The notes: generated by a model not told the origin, from the sequence alone. A stretch of 64,000 nt of DNA from Octopus sinensis (GCF_006345805.1 NC_043002.1:90210001-90274000), one strand, 5' to 3'; positions 1-12,617 are shown, numbered from the stretch's first letter. Made by a program: numbers and translations.

Positions 1-48
1 TACAGGTTGAACTGAGATTCAACAACATTCATTTTGAAAACCACAGCT

Positions 49-61
49 GCTACTGCTGCTG

Positions 62-113
<52 letters not shown>

Positions 114-160
114 CACTACTACTACCACTACTACTACCACTACCACCACCACCACCACTC
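49..160. repeat. (CTA)n microsatellite grading into (CCA)n
   Basis: Direct reading; explains the poly-Thr ORF 34..348. Confidence 0.95.
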
Positions 161-352
161 CGCCTACCATCACACCACAACACCCACATACAGCACCCCC
201 ATCACAACACCCCCCATCACTGCACCTATCCCCATCACAGCAGCCCCACATGGCACCCTCATCACGTCACTATACCACACTGCCTCCCCCCCGTCATCAT
301 CCTGCCATCATATCCTTCCCCCATCTTGATCCCCTGCATCACACTTAGCGAC

Positions 353-456
353 CTCGTTCTGTAACCCTCTGGTTCCCTATTATTATAAAGGCCAGTTTCA
401 TTCACCAGTGACAATAATTTCCTCTCTTCTCCGGTCTCTTTCTTTTGCCTAAACAA
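353..456 (-). CDS. Candidate exon of unidentified minus-strand gene (LFRQKKETGEERKLLSLVNETGLYNNREPEGYRT)
   Basis: Acceptor ctgcttgtttacag, open phase-0 frame matching the phase-0 end of exon 4774-4842. Donor is weak (GAG|gtcgct; alternative GAGG|gttaca at 366). Confidence 0.5.
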
Positions 457-2300
457 CTGTAAACAAGCAGGTGCAGATAAGGTCATGTCTTATACAACCA
501 TCATTTTCCTTTCACAATCACCACCATACCACCATCTTCCTCTATTAATACCATCACTTCAATCTTGCCTCTCCATCACTGCCCAGCAACACCATATTAT
601 CATTGTCACCATAACCACACACGTTTCACTGTCTTTACTACCACTACTGCCACCACCACCACCCTATCATCAGTTTTAGCACCACCACCACCACCACCAA
701 TACTGCTATCATTACCACCTCCATTATTACCAAAACTACCATACTACTTTCACTTTCCCCATGAATAACGAAGTCATAATGATGCAACAACAACAACAAT
801 AACAATGTCAAAAATGTGGAAGAACTAAGTTTCCAGTGCCTCAGTCTCTTAGAACTCTTCTTCTGCAATAAATTGGTTTGAATGATTCTGGAGAATTCTT
901 TCAAAACTTTGCCTTTTTTAAAGAAATAAATTCTGTAAGGATGAAAAGGTTGGCATTGGAGGTGGCGACATCATCCAAAATCATTTTATCTTATTGACTG
1001 CAAAGACAAGATGGCACCAGCAGAATGTTAAGGCTCTAATCTCAGACATTCTGTCTAGAATATCAGTCATACCATTTTGCATTAATGATACGATTTTTTG
1101 ATTCATTCGATTGAAAACAATCTTACAGATTTCACTTTTAGCTTTCAGACACTCTTTCACCTCTTTCTTGTTTTCTTTATTTTTAGGTGGTGGTGGTGAG
1201 GGGGAAGAGAGGGTACTGGTTTGTTTGATTTGTGTAATAAACAACAGCAGCAGCAGCAACAGCAATGGCAAATATTTGAACAAAAGACAAACAAAATAAT
1301 GTAACACTGTCATAATTTTTAGTCAGCCATGCACTGATTTCTTTTTGCAAATTTTTGTCATCAATGCTACAATTTTTATTATTGTAATTCTTAGTCTTGA
1401 TAATTAACATATATAAGGAATCTATCAGACAATTAAATGCTGTCACAACAGCAACAGCAATGACAACCATATTAAATACATATTAATTACATTCTCTTGC
1501 AATGTTTGCTGATACCATGGTTACAACAACAACAACAAATATTCAAAGAAATTGTTTTTTTTTTCTTTTTTTTTTAATAGAGACAAAACAGAATGATACC
1601 ATTTATTTGTTTTAAGATTGTTTTCTAAGAATTTCGCCACCCAGGTTTTGGTTCTGATTTATTATTTTTACTGAATAGTTTGAGAATTACTGTTAGAGAT
1701 TTGAAATAAATCAAAGAATTAAGATTATCATCAGATCACAGTTAAAGATATTGGTGTATACCATTGCAGTTTTTAGTTTTTTAGTTTATTTTACATATTT
1801 ATATTTTTACCATTTGAATATTCCTGCTGAAAGCAACTGATAAATCTTACACACCACTTTTATTTTTACTTTTATTTATTTTTCCTCCTCTCTGCTGATT
1901 GTAAATCTCTCTTATCTAAAGACATAGCTTATGTAATCTAACTTGACAATGTTCTCTTACTACATTAAACACTACAGTTATAATAGAAAAGTTGGTTTAT
2001 TGACTCATCACATTCTCATTCATGTAGAGCTGTTTTCTAGTTTCAAGGAGTCAAAATTGAGGCTTAAATTTCACCCACCCCTATCATCACAAACACCACC
2101 ATCAGCTTCATCAGGGTTGGCACTAGGAAGTGCAGGGCCCTATTAGAGAAAATTAGAGAATCGTCAGTTGGGCCCTCTAATCTACAAAAGCTGAAGATTG
2201 GTGCTTTATGCTTCATGTAGTACACCAGTCCTAGCCAAAAAGCGTTGAGAGCTTGAGACTCCACCATTAGCCCCCAATGATATACTAAAAATTCATCATA

Positions 2301-2700
2301 GGCGCAGGAATGTCTGTGTGGTAAGTAGCTTGCTAACCAACCACATGGTTCCGGGTTCAGTCCCACTGCGTGGCATCTTGGGCAAGTGTCTTCTGCTATA
2401 GCCCCGGGCCGACCAATGCCTTGTGAGTGGATTTGGTAGACGGAAACTGAAAGAAACCTGTCGTGTATATATATATATATATGTATGTATGTGTGTGTTT
2501 GTGTGTCTGTGTTTGTCCCCCTAGCATTGCTTGACAACCGATGCTGGTGTGTTTACGTCCCCGTCACTTAGCAGTTCGGCAAAAGAGACCGATAGAATAA
2601 GTACTGGGCTTACAAAAAATAAGTCCCGGGGTTGATTTGCTCGACTAAAGGCGGTGCTCCAGCATGGCCGCAGTCAAATGACTGAAACAAGTAAAAAAGT
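2301..2700 (+). mobile_element. tRNA-derived SINE family A, full length, young
   Basis: A-box-like tgtctgtgtgg and B-box ggttcagtccc, internal (TA)(TG) tract, tail ggcggtgctccagcatggccgcagtcaaatgactgaaacaagta. Near-identical to copies at 28338 and 58510. Confidence 0.9.
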
Positions 2701-2989
2701 AAAAAAAAAGTATAGTATCCTCTGCTCGAGCATATGTGAGAGACTCTCTCTTGGTGCAGGGCCCAATTTAAACAACTCTTATTGGCTTAGAACTGACCTT
2801 GATCATCATCATCATCATCATCATCCTCATCTTCATAGTCATCATCATTATCATCGTTTTAGCACCCATTTTTCCATATTCATAAGAGTTGGATGAAATT
2901 TGTTGAGGTAGATTCTCTGTAGCTGGATGCCCTTTCTGTATGTAGCCAATCCTCACCTGTTTTCAAGTAAGCTAATATTTCCCCATAGT

Positions 2990-3310
2990 ATAGGCAGTTG
3001 GCTTAGTGGTTAGGGCATTCAGCTCCCGATTGTAAGGTCATGTGTTCAATTCAGTTCTTAGTGGTGCATTGTGTCCTTGAGCAAGACACTTTATTTCATG
3101 TTGCTCCAATTTACTCAGCTGGTAAAAATGAGCAGTATCTATATTTCGAAGAGCCAGCCTTATCACATTCTGTGTCATGCTGAATCTCTTTGAGAACTAC
3201 ATTTAGGGTGCATGTATCTGTGGAGTGCTCAGTCACCTGCACGTTAATTTCATGAGCAGGCTGTTCTGTTGATAGGATCAACTGGAACCCTAGTCATTGT
3301 GACCAGCAGA
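2990..3310 (+). mobile_element. tRNA-derived SINE family C, degraded
   Basis: ggcttagtggttagggca head and ctgtggagtgctcag...gcaggctgttc body, homologous to the intact copy at 27288-27667. Confidence 0.75.
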
Positions 3311-3431
3311 GAACCAGTTATTACTACATGACCAGACATGTTTTCATGGAAGATTGGAAACAAAGGATATGATTTGCATAATGGTGACTTCGTTACATTT
3401 ATCACATGATGTCAAGGCTAGGAGACAGCAA

Positions 3432-3469
<38 letters not shown>

Positions 3470-4084
3470 TGCAGACACACACACACACACACACACACAC
3501 CTATATTTATGAAGGACTTTTTTCCAGTTTCTGTCCACTGAATTCACTCATAGCCTGGGCCCATGGTAGAAGATGCTTACCCAAAGTAACACATATTGGG
3601 ACTGAACCCAGAACTAATTGGCAAACTTCTTCCAGTGCCGGTTTAAATTTACTTTATATAATCTGGAATCCCTTTTAATTTTAGCTTACGTAATTTCTAA
3701 CCCATGCAACATTTTGTTGGCTTACTAATGTAAACGGTCACATATACAGTAAGCAAGTATCTGACTTATCTCATATGTGTGATCCTTATTTCATTGTTTA
3801 TGATTAAATATATTTTTAAAAAGAAGGGGAGGAGCCAGTTTGACTTTGAAGTGAAAATAAATTAGTTCTATGACAGTTCTGCTTTAACCAAAGTTTTCTA
3901 AGAACTGCTTCATAATTCAGAACCAAAACCAACTTGTCAGCTCAGCTCGCTGGGGACCCACTATCAATTCTATAATACCTGCCTTGACTATATCTTACTT
4001 AAATATCAAAACAACTTGTGAACAACTACGCTTGAGGAAGGACATTTATACAGTAATTATCTTCTGGTCTCTGCCTATCACCTT

Positions 4085-4490
4085 TACTCTTTTACTCTTT
4101 TACTTGTTTCAGTCATTTGACTGTGGCCATGCTGGAGCACCACCTTTAGTCGAGCAAATCAACCCCAGGACTTATTCTTTGTAAGCTCAGTACTTATTCT
4201 ATTGGTCTCTTTTGCCGAACCGCTAAGTAACGGGGACACAAACACACCAGCATCGGTTGTCAAGCAATGCTAGGGGGACAAACACAGACGTACAAACACA
4301 CACTTGCATATATATATATACATATATACGGTGGGCTTCTTTCAGTTTCCGTCTACCAAATCCACTCACAAGGCTTTGGTCGGCCCGAGGCTATAGTAGA
4401 AGACACTTGCCCAAGGTGCCACGCAGTGGGACTGAACCCGGAACCATGTGGTTGGTAAACAAGCTACTTACCACACAGCCACTCCTGTGC
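4085..4490 (-). mobile_element. SINE family A, full length
   Basis: Reverse complement of the 2301-2700 element with a (TCTTTTAC)n tail. Confidence 0.9.
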
Positions 4491-4773
4491 CTTTGTTGTT
4501 TTATTACCTTCCAATCTTCTTTAGACACCTCTCTTCCTCTTTCTTTCTCATTCTTTCTCTCATCACTTTTATTCTTGTGTTATTCTCTCTCTCTCTTTCC
4601 ATAGTCTCTTGATTTCATTCCTCTATTTCTATATACTGAATCTCGTCTTTTTTTTGTTTTTGGTTATTCTCTGTCCCTTTCTCATTCCTTGATTCATTTC
4701 TTGAAGAAATAACTATTAGCATATATATGGTTAACCAATATATTGACGCTTTACTCGATTCCACTAGCATTAC

Positions 4774-4842
4774 CAGTTTCATAGCTAAGGATGTCTGCCA
4801 GAATATTCTGTCAAGGTCTTTGAATTCACCTGGCATCTCATA
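4774..4842 (-). CDS. Candidate exon (YEMPGEFKDLDRIFWQTSLAMKL)
   Basis: 69 nt, phase 0-0, acceptor ctgcttag, donor CTG|gtaatg. Confidence 0.5.
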
Positions 4843-5120
4843 CTAAGCAGATGATTTCTTCATCTTTATGTGTTTCAAAATCTCTGTCTATCTTTTATTT
4901 TTTAATTCTTCCAGTCATTGGCTCTGGCTATGGTGGGGCCACCACCTTGAAGTGTTTAGTCAAACAAATCAATCACAGTACCTTTTTTTTCCCTCAAATC
5001 TGGTACTGTTGGTATCCTTTGCTGAATTACTAATTTATGAAGATGTAAACAAACCAACTCCAGTTGTTAAGCAGCGATGGTGAATAAACACAAAATACAA
5101 AGACACACGTACACACATGC

Positions 5121-5186
<66 letters not shown>

Positions 5187-5989
5187 GCACACACACACAC
5201 ACCCGTTCAAGACTTTCGACCTGGAGATCTCCATTTCCAGCGACCTCGAGGGCCACCTCCCAGTGGTGTCGGGCATCAACAAAGAGCCCTCGACTACAAC
5301 AAGATGACTAAAGTTTTTTTTTTTTCCAAGGTCTGGGGTCTCCCGCCTCTAAGCCCTAGACCATCACCTAATCACCCTTACCCATCTTGTTGCTTAACAA
5401 CAACAACAACAACAACACACACACACACACACAACAGGCTTTTTGCCCTTTTCATCTACCAGATTTACTCAACACTTTGATTGGACTAAGGCTACAGTGG
5501 AAGACACTTGCTCAAGGTGATACACAGTGGGATTGAATTACCATGTGGTTGAGAAGCAAACTTCTTACTATATGGCCATGCTTGTGCTCATTTGTTGTTG
5601 TTTTTCTGGTTTTTGGGAGGTTTTTTATACATTAAAAGGTACATTAAAAAGTTTACATAACTTGTGTTACTCTATGAATCCGGTACATCATTATCATCAT
5701 GATCATTAAAAGTCTGTTTTCAATGTTGGCATGTGTTGGATGGTTTGATCAGAGCTGACAAGATGGGGAGCCTCACCAAGTCCCATTCTGATTTGGCTTG
5801 GTTTCTATGGATGGATGCCCTTCCTAATACTAACCACTTTACAGAGTGTGCTGGGTGGTTTTAACATGGTACTGGCACAAGTGCTATTTATGTAGCACTG
5901 GTTCAGGTGCTGTAACCCTTTTGTTACCATAGTTCTGTTAAGATGCTCTTTTTTTCTGGGGTTTTTTCAGTTAATCTCTATATATAAAA

Positions 5990-6384
5990 TCTCTATATAT
6001 AAAAGTCAAGTTGTGTGTCTGTCTCCTACGATTTAGATTCCTAACTACTCCCACATTTTGCGGTGCAGTTTAACCAAAAGTGGGTATCTTATAGTCGTGA
6101 TTCATATCGAGCCCTTCTGGGTATTAGCGCACGTCTACGATGAGTCTACGATTAAAAAAAAAATTTACCATCATTTTTTTCCATTTTAATGCATTTTTCG
6201 CTATTATATAAGGGAAGTAACTCTCTAAAAATGTCTACGATGAGTCAACGATTTAAAAAAAATTTACCATTATTTTTTATCCATTTTTATTGCATTTTTT
6301 TGCTTTTTTTGGCTATAATTCTCTAAAAGTGCTTATATAGTTATTTCCCTTACAAACCAGAGCAACGCCGGGCGATACTGCTAG
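5990..6384 (+). mobile_element. Non-autonomous Helitron-like element
   Basis: 5' TC, 3' GC-rich hairpin (gagcaacgccgggcg) then CTAG followed by T, internal ~100 bp duplication. Sister copy at 26014-26413. Confidence 0.75.
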
Positions 6385-6919
6385 TTTTAAATATAACAAA
6401 GAATTTAGTAAAATAAGTTAGAACATAAATTGTGCCTAAGTTTTGGTGGAAAATCTTAATTCAGAAATTTTGAAAACAAGACATTTGTTCTACAGAGCCA
6501 GAAACGGTTTCACCCAGGTTGGCATCAAAAGGGTGAAACACAGCACCAGCACAGATACTGGTATGAGTGCCTGTTACAGGGCACTAGCACAAGTGATGTC
6601 TATGTGGCACCAACACAGATGCTTTTTACATTCCACTGGCACATAGCATTCTTAAATGACATGACTGTTATATATCAAAGATTTATTATTGCTCAACTTG
6701 TTTCCATGTTGATGACTCCTCTTCATATGTTTTCACTTCCATATAATTTGAAACCAATTGCCGCTGACTCTTTATACTTCTTTTTACCATTCAATGAAAT
6801 ATTGGTTGAAGATTAAACATATCTTGATAACGGTATTATTGAACCCTCAGTTCCTTTATAACCAGTGCAAGTGGTTGTAGAAGGAAACACTGACTTATAA
6901 CATCTTATCAAATACTCAC

Positions 6920-6947
6920 AAGGGATAAACTTATACACTTCTTAATA
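6920..6947 (-). CDS. Candidate micro-exon ((N)IKKCISLSL)
   Basis: 28 nt, phase 2-0, acceptor atcttcag, strong donor CTT|gtgagt. Phases match both neighbours. Confidence 0.45.
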
Positions 6948-7329
6948 CTGAAGATCCCAGTAAGGTGGCAAGCTGGCAGAATCATTAGCACGCCAAGCAA
7001 AATCTATCACAGTATTTCATTTATCTTTATACTGAGTTCATATTCTGTTAAGATCAACTCTAGTTTTTATCCTTTTGGGGTTGATAAAATAAGTACCAGT
7101 TGAGCACTGGGGTTGATGTAATCAACTCCCCCCCTCCCCCATAACTTGCTGGCCTTGTGCCAAAATTTAAAACTAGTATTGAAGATCTTGTGCTCTGTTT
7201 CCTACAATAAATTCTACTGGCAAAAAAAACAAAAAATGTGTGTGGGGGTGGGGATCTGATAACACTATACTATCAGGTTCCACTCCCCAAAAATGATAAA
7301 CTACATTTCAAGCTGGTAGAGACTTATTT

Positions 7330-8830
7330 CAGTTTACAAAATTGCCTTTGGTGCGTCTAAAGCAATGATGATAGTATAGCGAGAGTGATGGATTGTATAA
7401 TTACGCACAAGGATATCAAAGGTGTTTGTGTGGATTCCAATGATATCATCGTTAACAAAACTATTGAGAAGTTATGATAGTGACTTCGTTCAATTATCTT
7501 CCGTTACTAAGAAACCCAACATTACATTATATAATGGGTCCAATCTCTTCGCCGACAAATATCCATTTGTTACCTAGGACACAAAATCAGAAATAATTAT
7601 CTGCACCCTAACCAGAAAAATTGAAAAAAACCTCATTAATTACTGAATGCCTAGCAATGCACAATGATGAAGTGGAGATCTCATTGATATTTTGTCTCAA
7701 AAGTATAAGAAAAACCAAGGAATCATAAGAATCTTTGTTGGCACATTGAATTTCTACTTGACAACAACTACTACTTTCTTCATAATTAAATGGGTCTCTC
7801 TTATATTGGAACTCATTCAACCTCCACTAAATTCCTAAATACTATTTATCTGTTTGAAACTTCAGTAGTCAATGCCCCTCTATCACCTATCTTACTTGAA
7901 GTTCCATTACGTGTCAAAATTAATGCTTCAGGAACAGCAATCTTGGGGATCCTTTCACAGTGTAATAAAACTGTTCCTTGTTTTTCTCCAGAATTCTTTT
8001 TCGTCCCGAACAAAATCTCTCATCAATTGAAAAGAAGCTATCATGGAAAGCATTAGCAAATGATAAACCTGTTTACTTTGAAGCTTTTTACATGACACTC
8101 TCATCAACAAGCGATCTTATTCATATTTAGTCCTTAATGTAGTGAAAAATCAAAACAAAAAAAAGGAAGAAAATTCTTAGTTGGCATGTAAACTTATTGT
8201 TCTTCAATTATAACATCTGACACATTATCTGGCAAAGATAATAGCTGTTATTAATACTCTTACCAAATACTCCGCTATAACATTTTCTGGAATCATAGAT
8301 TTACATGAAGTTTTACGTCATCTTGATATGACTAGAGCCTTGATCCAACAGTTTAAGCACAACAATGATATCATTAGTTTCACTTTTCTCAGGGTCTGGA
8401 GGTTGCAAATGTCATGAACACTACCCTTCCTCAAGACTCAACGAGTAAATGAATAAATATATAGAATACTCAGAGTCAAACTAACATTATCTCAACTGAA
8501 GATAATGTTCCATCTGGAAGGCTAGGGTCCACAGGAAAAGGGTCAAATTCTAGTTCTACCAAAGAATGTTCCATTGATGATTGTCATGCTGACATGCAAA
8601 GAATTTGACCCAAGCAATCTCTGGGTCCACTTAGGAATATTCTGTTGGTGATTGCCAGTGACATACCAGGAAGGTGGTCTCAACATGCATATGAGCAGGA
8701 GCCATCTGATATACCAGAAAGACTCACTCATTTAAGTCCTAGTGAATGCAGTGAAATCATTATTTTCACTTCTGATCCAAATGTTTCTTGATTACAGTAT
8801 CAACAAATACCAGGTGTAATATTAGGCATG
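7330..8830 (+). pseudogene. Decayed protein-like block of unknown origin
   Basis: Non-repetitive sequence with successive 35-90 codon open stretches broken by stops and frameshifts (e.g. AKIIAVINTLTKYSAITFSGIIDLHEVLRHLDMTRALIQQFKHNNDIISFTF). No family assignable. Confidence 0.3.
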
Positions 8831-8837
8831 TATATAC

Positions 8838-8870
8838 TTGTGTCTCAAATGCTGAAGCGGTATGCCTGAG
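8838..8870 (-). CDS. Candidate micro-exon ((C)SGIPLQHLRH)
   Basis: 33 nt, phase 2-2, acceptor ttgtttcatttag, donor CAA|gtatat. Confidence 0.45.
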
Positions 8871-9689
8871 CTAAATGAAACAATTTAATTTCTCAGTAAT
8901 TTTTAATAAAGTGATTATTTTATTATTTTGTTGATTGGTTGTATGCAACAACATTATTTTGTTGATCATTTGTGATGTAAATTAAAAAGACAGTTATGTA
9001 GTGTGCGGTACATGTTTGTGTGTGTCAAAGAGAAAGAGAATGGGTAGGAGAGAATTTTAGAAATGATTTGAACCAAATATTCTATTACAGATGCATAATC
9101 TTCTAGTTATATTGTGTATGAACTTGTCTTACTAATTAACCTTGTAAAGATATCTATTCCTCCCCCTCCTCCTCCTTCTGATCCCCGTCACTTAGCTGTT
9201 CAGCAAAAGAGACTGATAGAATAAGTACTAGACTTACAAAGAATAAGTCCTGGGGTCGATTTGCTTGACTAAAGGCAGTGCTCCAGTATGGCCACAGTCA
9301 AATGACTGAAACAAGTACAAGAGTTCCTTTCTCTTTTTGTAGATTGGATGTACTAAATATTGCTGATGAAGTGATAATAATCACAAGAAACAATCAAGTT
9401 TGTTCTTCACAGCATTCATAATTTAATGACTCTTGCAATAACTGTCTTGTTTTACACACATACACATACATGCATATGTGTATGTGTGCATATTATTTCT
9501 GTGTGTGTATTCGTGTGCATGTGCAAATGTATGTGTTGATGTGTGCGTGTGTGTGTGTGCATGTGCATATGTATGTGTATGTTGTCATGTTGAAATTTTG
9601 TATTATCTGTGCTTTGTGTTGAGTGCATTTTTCTTTACTCAAAGACTATATTCAGTACCACATTTCATTACATTTCATTGAGTACCTAC

Positions 9690-9724
9690 CACATCAAAAC
9701 AAAAGCTTTGAGTCTATTCTTTAC
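9690..9724 (-). CDS. Candidate micro-exon (VKNRLKAFVLM)
   Basis: 35 nt, phase 0-2, long pyrimidine tract cttcctatttttgctttattatctctttccag, donor GTG|gtaggt. Confidence 0.6.
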
Positions 9725-9749
9725 CTGGAAAGAGATAATAAAGCAAAAA

Positions 9750-10570
9750 TAGGAAGAATTTTATAGGTAGCTCTGCATGGATTCTGAATGCTTCTGAAAG
9801 CAGTCTGGATTACACAATGCAAGAATTTGAGGTGAATTTTCCGCAGAAAAATTTAGAACAGAATTTCAAAAGCTTTACCTAAGAAGAAAGCTATGATGAT
9901 GACAGACAAATCTTCAATATAGATGAGACTGCTTTATTCTGGAAGCATACAGTCACAAAGACTTTCATTGCTAAAGAAGAAGAAGAAAGTAAAAACTGCT
10001 TCTGGCTATAAAATGTTAAAAGACAGAATCACACTGAATTGTGAAAAATCACCTTCTTGTGCAGTCTAAACTGCTTTTTGAGGCATTTAAAACACCCAGG
10101 GCAACGTGATAGGAATTGCAGATGGTAATCTCAAACTAAAACGAATGGTAATGAATCATATACAAAAACCCAACCGCATTCAGAGGCTACAAGTAACAAA
10201 GAATATCAGTCATCTAGCATTCGAGTGAAAAAGTGTGGGTTGAAGAATTTTTTTGTCAAAGATTTTCTCAACAGTGAAAAATATTGTAATCAAAATAATC
10301 TAATTTCAATAATCTAGCTTGCTTCTGGATAATCAGTGCTTCTCTAGATGGACTAGGCAGAGTAGGAGAAAACATGTGGATGAAAAGAGTCACTGAAGAG
10401 GTCACAAATGTGTGATGAAAGATTTCCAGACAATGAACATAAAATATAATAAGAACAATCCAGCTGTAGAAACTCTGCCAGATCAGATTGGAGCCTAGTG
10501 CAGCCATTTTGTTTGCCAGTCCTCAGTCAAATCGTTCAACCCATGCTAGCTTGGAAAGCAGATGTTAAAC

Positions 10571-10606
<36 letters not shown>

Positions 10607-11700
10607 TAAGTGGGTAAAGAGCAAAAAGAAGAATATGTTCCAGCATATGATTTCACACCAGGAATATTGCAAAACAAATTCATAAATGTATCTTCTTGAT
10701 AATCCTTCTAGACATAATCCTGCTATATGGGAATTGTGTAAAATTGTGAAGATTGTTTTTGCTCCTTAATACAATATCTACTTGTAACCTATAGGTTCAG
10801 GATAATAGCAAAGTTCGAAACCAATTATGTGAAGATCACATCTGAATAAGCAATACAGGCTACTATGAGTGATAACTCGGCTTCAATGGCTGAGTTCTGA
10901 AGAAAATTCAAGCATTTAAAATGTAATTAAAAGCATTTGAGAGTCTTGGCATTGAGTGATGTCAAACAACATGAGAACTGTTTGAAACAAATCTTTGCTG
11001 CATTGTGTGAATGATTTGCCAGAATTTAGTCAACAAATAGCTGCAATTGTTGATAAGATTACTACCTTTGCAGATGAATTCAACTTTGATGAAATAGATT
11101 TGACAAATGCATAAGGTTTATTGGATTTGCATCGTGAAGAGGTGGGTGATATTAGTAGAGAGTTTGTTGGACACAGTGTGAGACGACTGTTGTTATCGCT
11201 AGGTCTAACTCATCGTAAAGTCAATACCACCATGACCGATATCCAATACACAGTGGAGAAGGCTAGCCACTGGATTTGGTTGAAAAGAGATGATGAGCAA
11301 TGGCTAGAAGGATATTGAGCTTTATTTGATAACCAGCTGATCTAGCAAGCGGGCCTCATATCAGTGAGGGGGCCGGTGCGCATTGATGCTGTCGAGAGGT
11401 AGGCCCTGAAACGGCACGCATTGTCTCCTGATGACCCCATACACTTGCTGGCTTCCGGTATACGGAGTTTTTCACTGGTAGCACTTGCATGTGCAAGTTC
11501 TTTGCAAGACATCATCAGCTTTCCTGAACAGTGTGCAGAGAAATACAAAGTTGAATGTACAGAGGGAGAAAATGCGGCAAAAGAGAAATGAATTTGCAGT
11601 CTCCCCAACAAATCATCATTTCCATTGGGGGAGAATTAAAGCAGCAACTTATGGATTAAGATCTAAATCTTGAAAGAATCATGCAAGATCAATGAAGGAT
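9750..11700 (+). mobile_element. Degraded Tigger/pogo transposase remnant interrupted by later insertions
   Basis: Motifs FIGSSAW..GLHNARI*GE, QIFNIDETALFWK..KTFIAKEEE, SGYKMLKDRITL, and C-terminal VNDLPEF..DEIDL..LLDLHREE and DLNLERIM match the pogo/Tigger layout. Many stops. Confidence 0.8.
11137..11470 (+). mobile_element. 5'-truncated HERO-type (R2 group, restriction-like endonuclease) retrotransposon 3' end
   Basis: EVG..REFVGHSVRRLLLSLG..VEKASHWIWLKRDDEQW* resembles the VEVGCRGF..EKASxWLWxKR C-terminus, followed by a GC-richer 3' UTR. Confidence 0.75.
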
Positions 11701-11857
11701 TGAGTGGCTGTGTGGTAAGTACCTTGCTTACCAACCACATGGTCCCACGTTCAGTCCCACTGCATGGTACCTTGGGCAAGTGTCTTCTACTATAGCCTCG
11801 GACCGACCAAACCCTTGTGAGTGGATTTGGTAGATGGAAACTGGAAGAAACCTGTCG

Positions 11858-11889
<32 letters not shown>

Positions 11890-12130
11890 TGTATGTATGT
11901 ATGTATGTATGTATGTATGTATGTATGTATGCGTGTGTGTATGTATATATGTATATATATATGTATGTATGTATCTAAATGTGTGTGTATATGTTTGTAT
12001 GTCTGTTTGTCCCCACAGCATCGCTTAACAACTGATGCTGGTGTGTTTACGTTCCCATAAATTGATAGTTCGGCAAAAGAGCCCAATAGAATAATAAGTA
12101 CTAGGCTTACAAAGAATAAGCTCTGGGGTT
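11700..12130 (+). mobile_element. SINE family A with expanded (TATG)n core, tail truncated
   Basis: Head gagtggctgtgtggtaag, body homologous to 2301-2700. Confidence 0.85.
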
Positions 12131-12210
12131 CAGATGCTAACAGTTAGCATCTGAACCACACAACCTCATGTTCCTAAAATTCATATCTACATCTTTATCT
12201 GTATATTTAC

Positions 12211-12262
12211 CTTCCCTAAGATGTTATTACTTGATTTGAAAACTTTTATATTATTGCAAAAC
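12211..12262 (-). CDS. Candidate exon ((W)FCNNIKVFKSSNNILGK)
   Basis: 52 nt; only the phase-2 frame is open. Acceptor aatttatatag, donor AAG|gtaaat. Confidence 0.55.
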
Positions 12263-12617
12263 CTATATAAATTAGCTGAAGATTACTCAGCATCTTAAAT
12301 CTGCTGTAATATTTACAGCTTTTAATAAAATGTTGTAGTATGAAACAATTGTACTAAATTACCGGATTCATTCTTGTTGCTTATTTTTAATTATAATCAC
12401 CCCGCAAATTTTTATGGGTAACACCATACAAAATCCTGGTGCATCTAAATTAAGTACCATATTCATTTGAATCTAAATTGTTGCTGATCTTATTTATATA
12501 TATATATATATATATATGTAATTATATATATATATGTAATTATTGTAAGTGAGATTTTGTCAGGAGATAGATTCCTCTTTAAAGGGATGTCAACCTCCAA
12601 GCGTCTTCTGGTTTTAC

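Noticed and set aside
34-904. Poly-Thr/Pro/His ORFs
   Set aside because: Translations of (CTA)n, (CCA)n and (CAA)n microsatellites.
2301-2380. tRNA-like heads with A and B boxes (all SINE families)
   Set aside because: They run into SINE bodies, are multicopy, and lack a full cloverleaf; not tRNA genes.
9343-9400. Plus-strand exon-like segment LDVLNIADEVIIITRNNQ
   Set aside because: Good acceptor but weak donor (gtttgt), and no other + strand exons chain with it.
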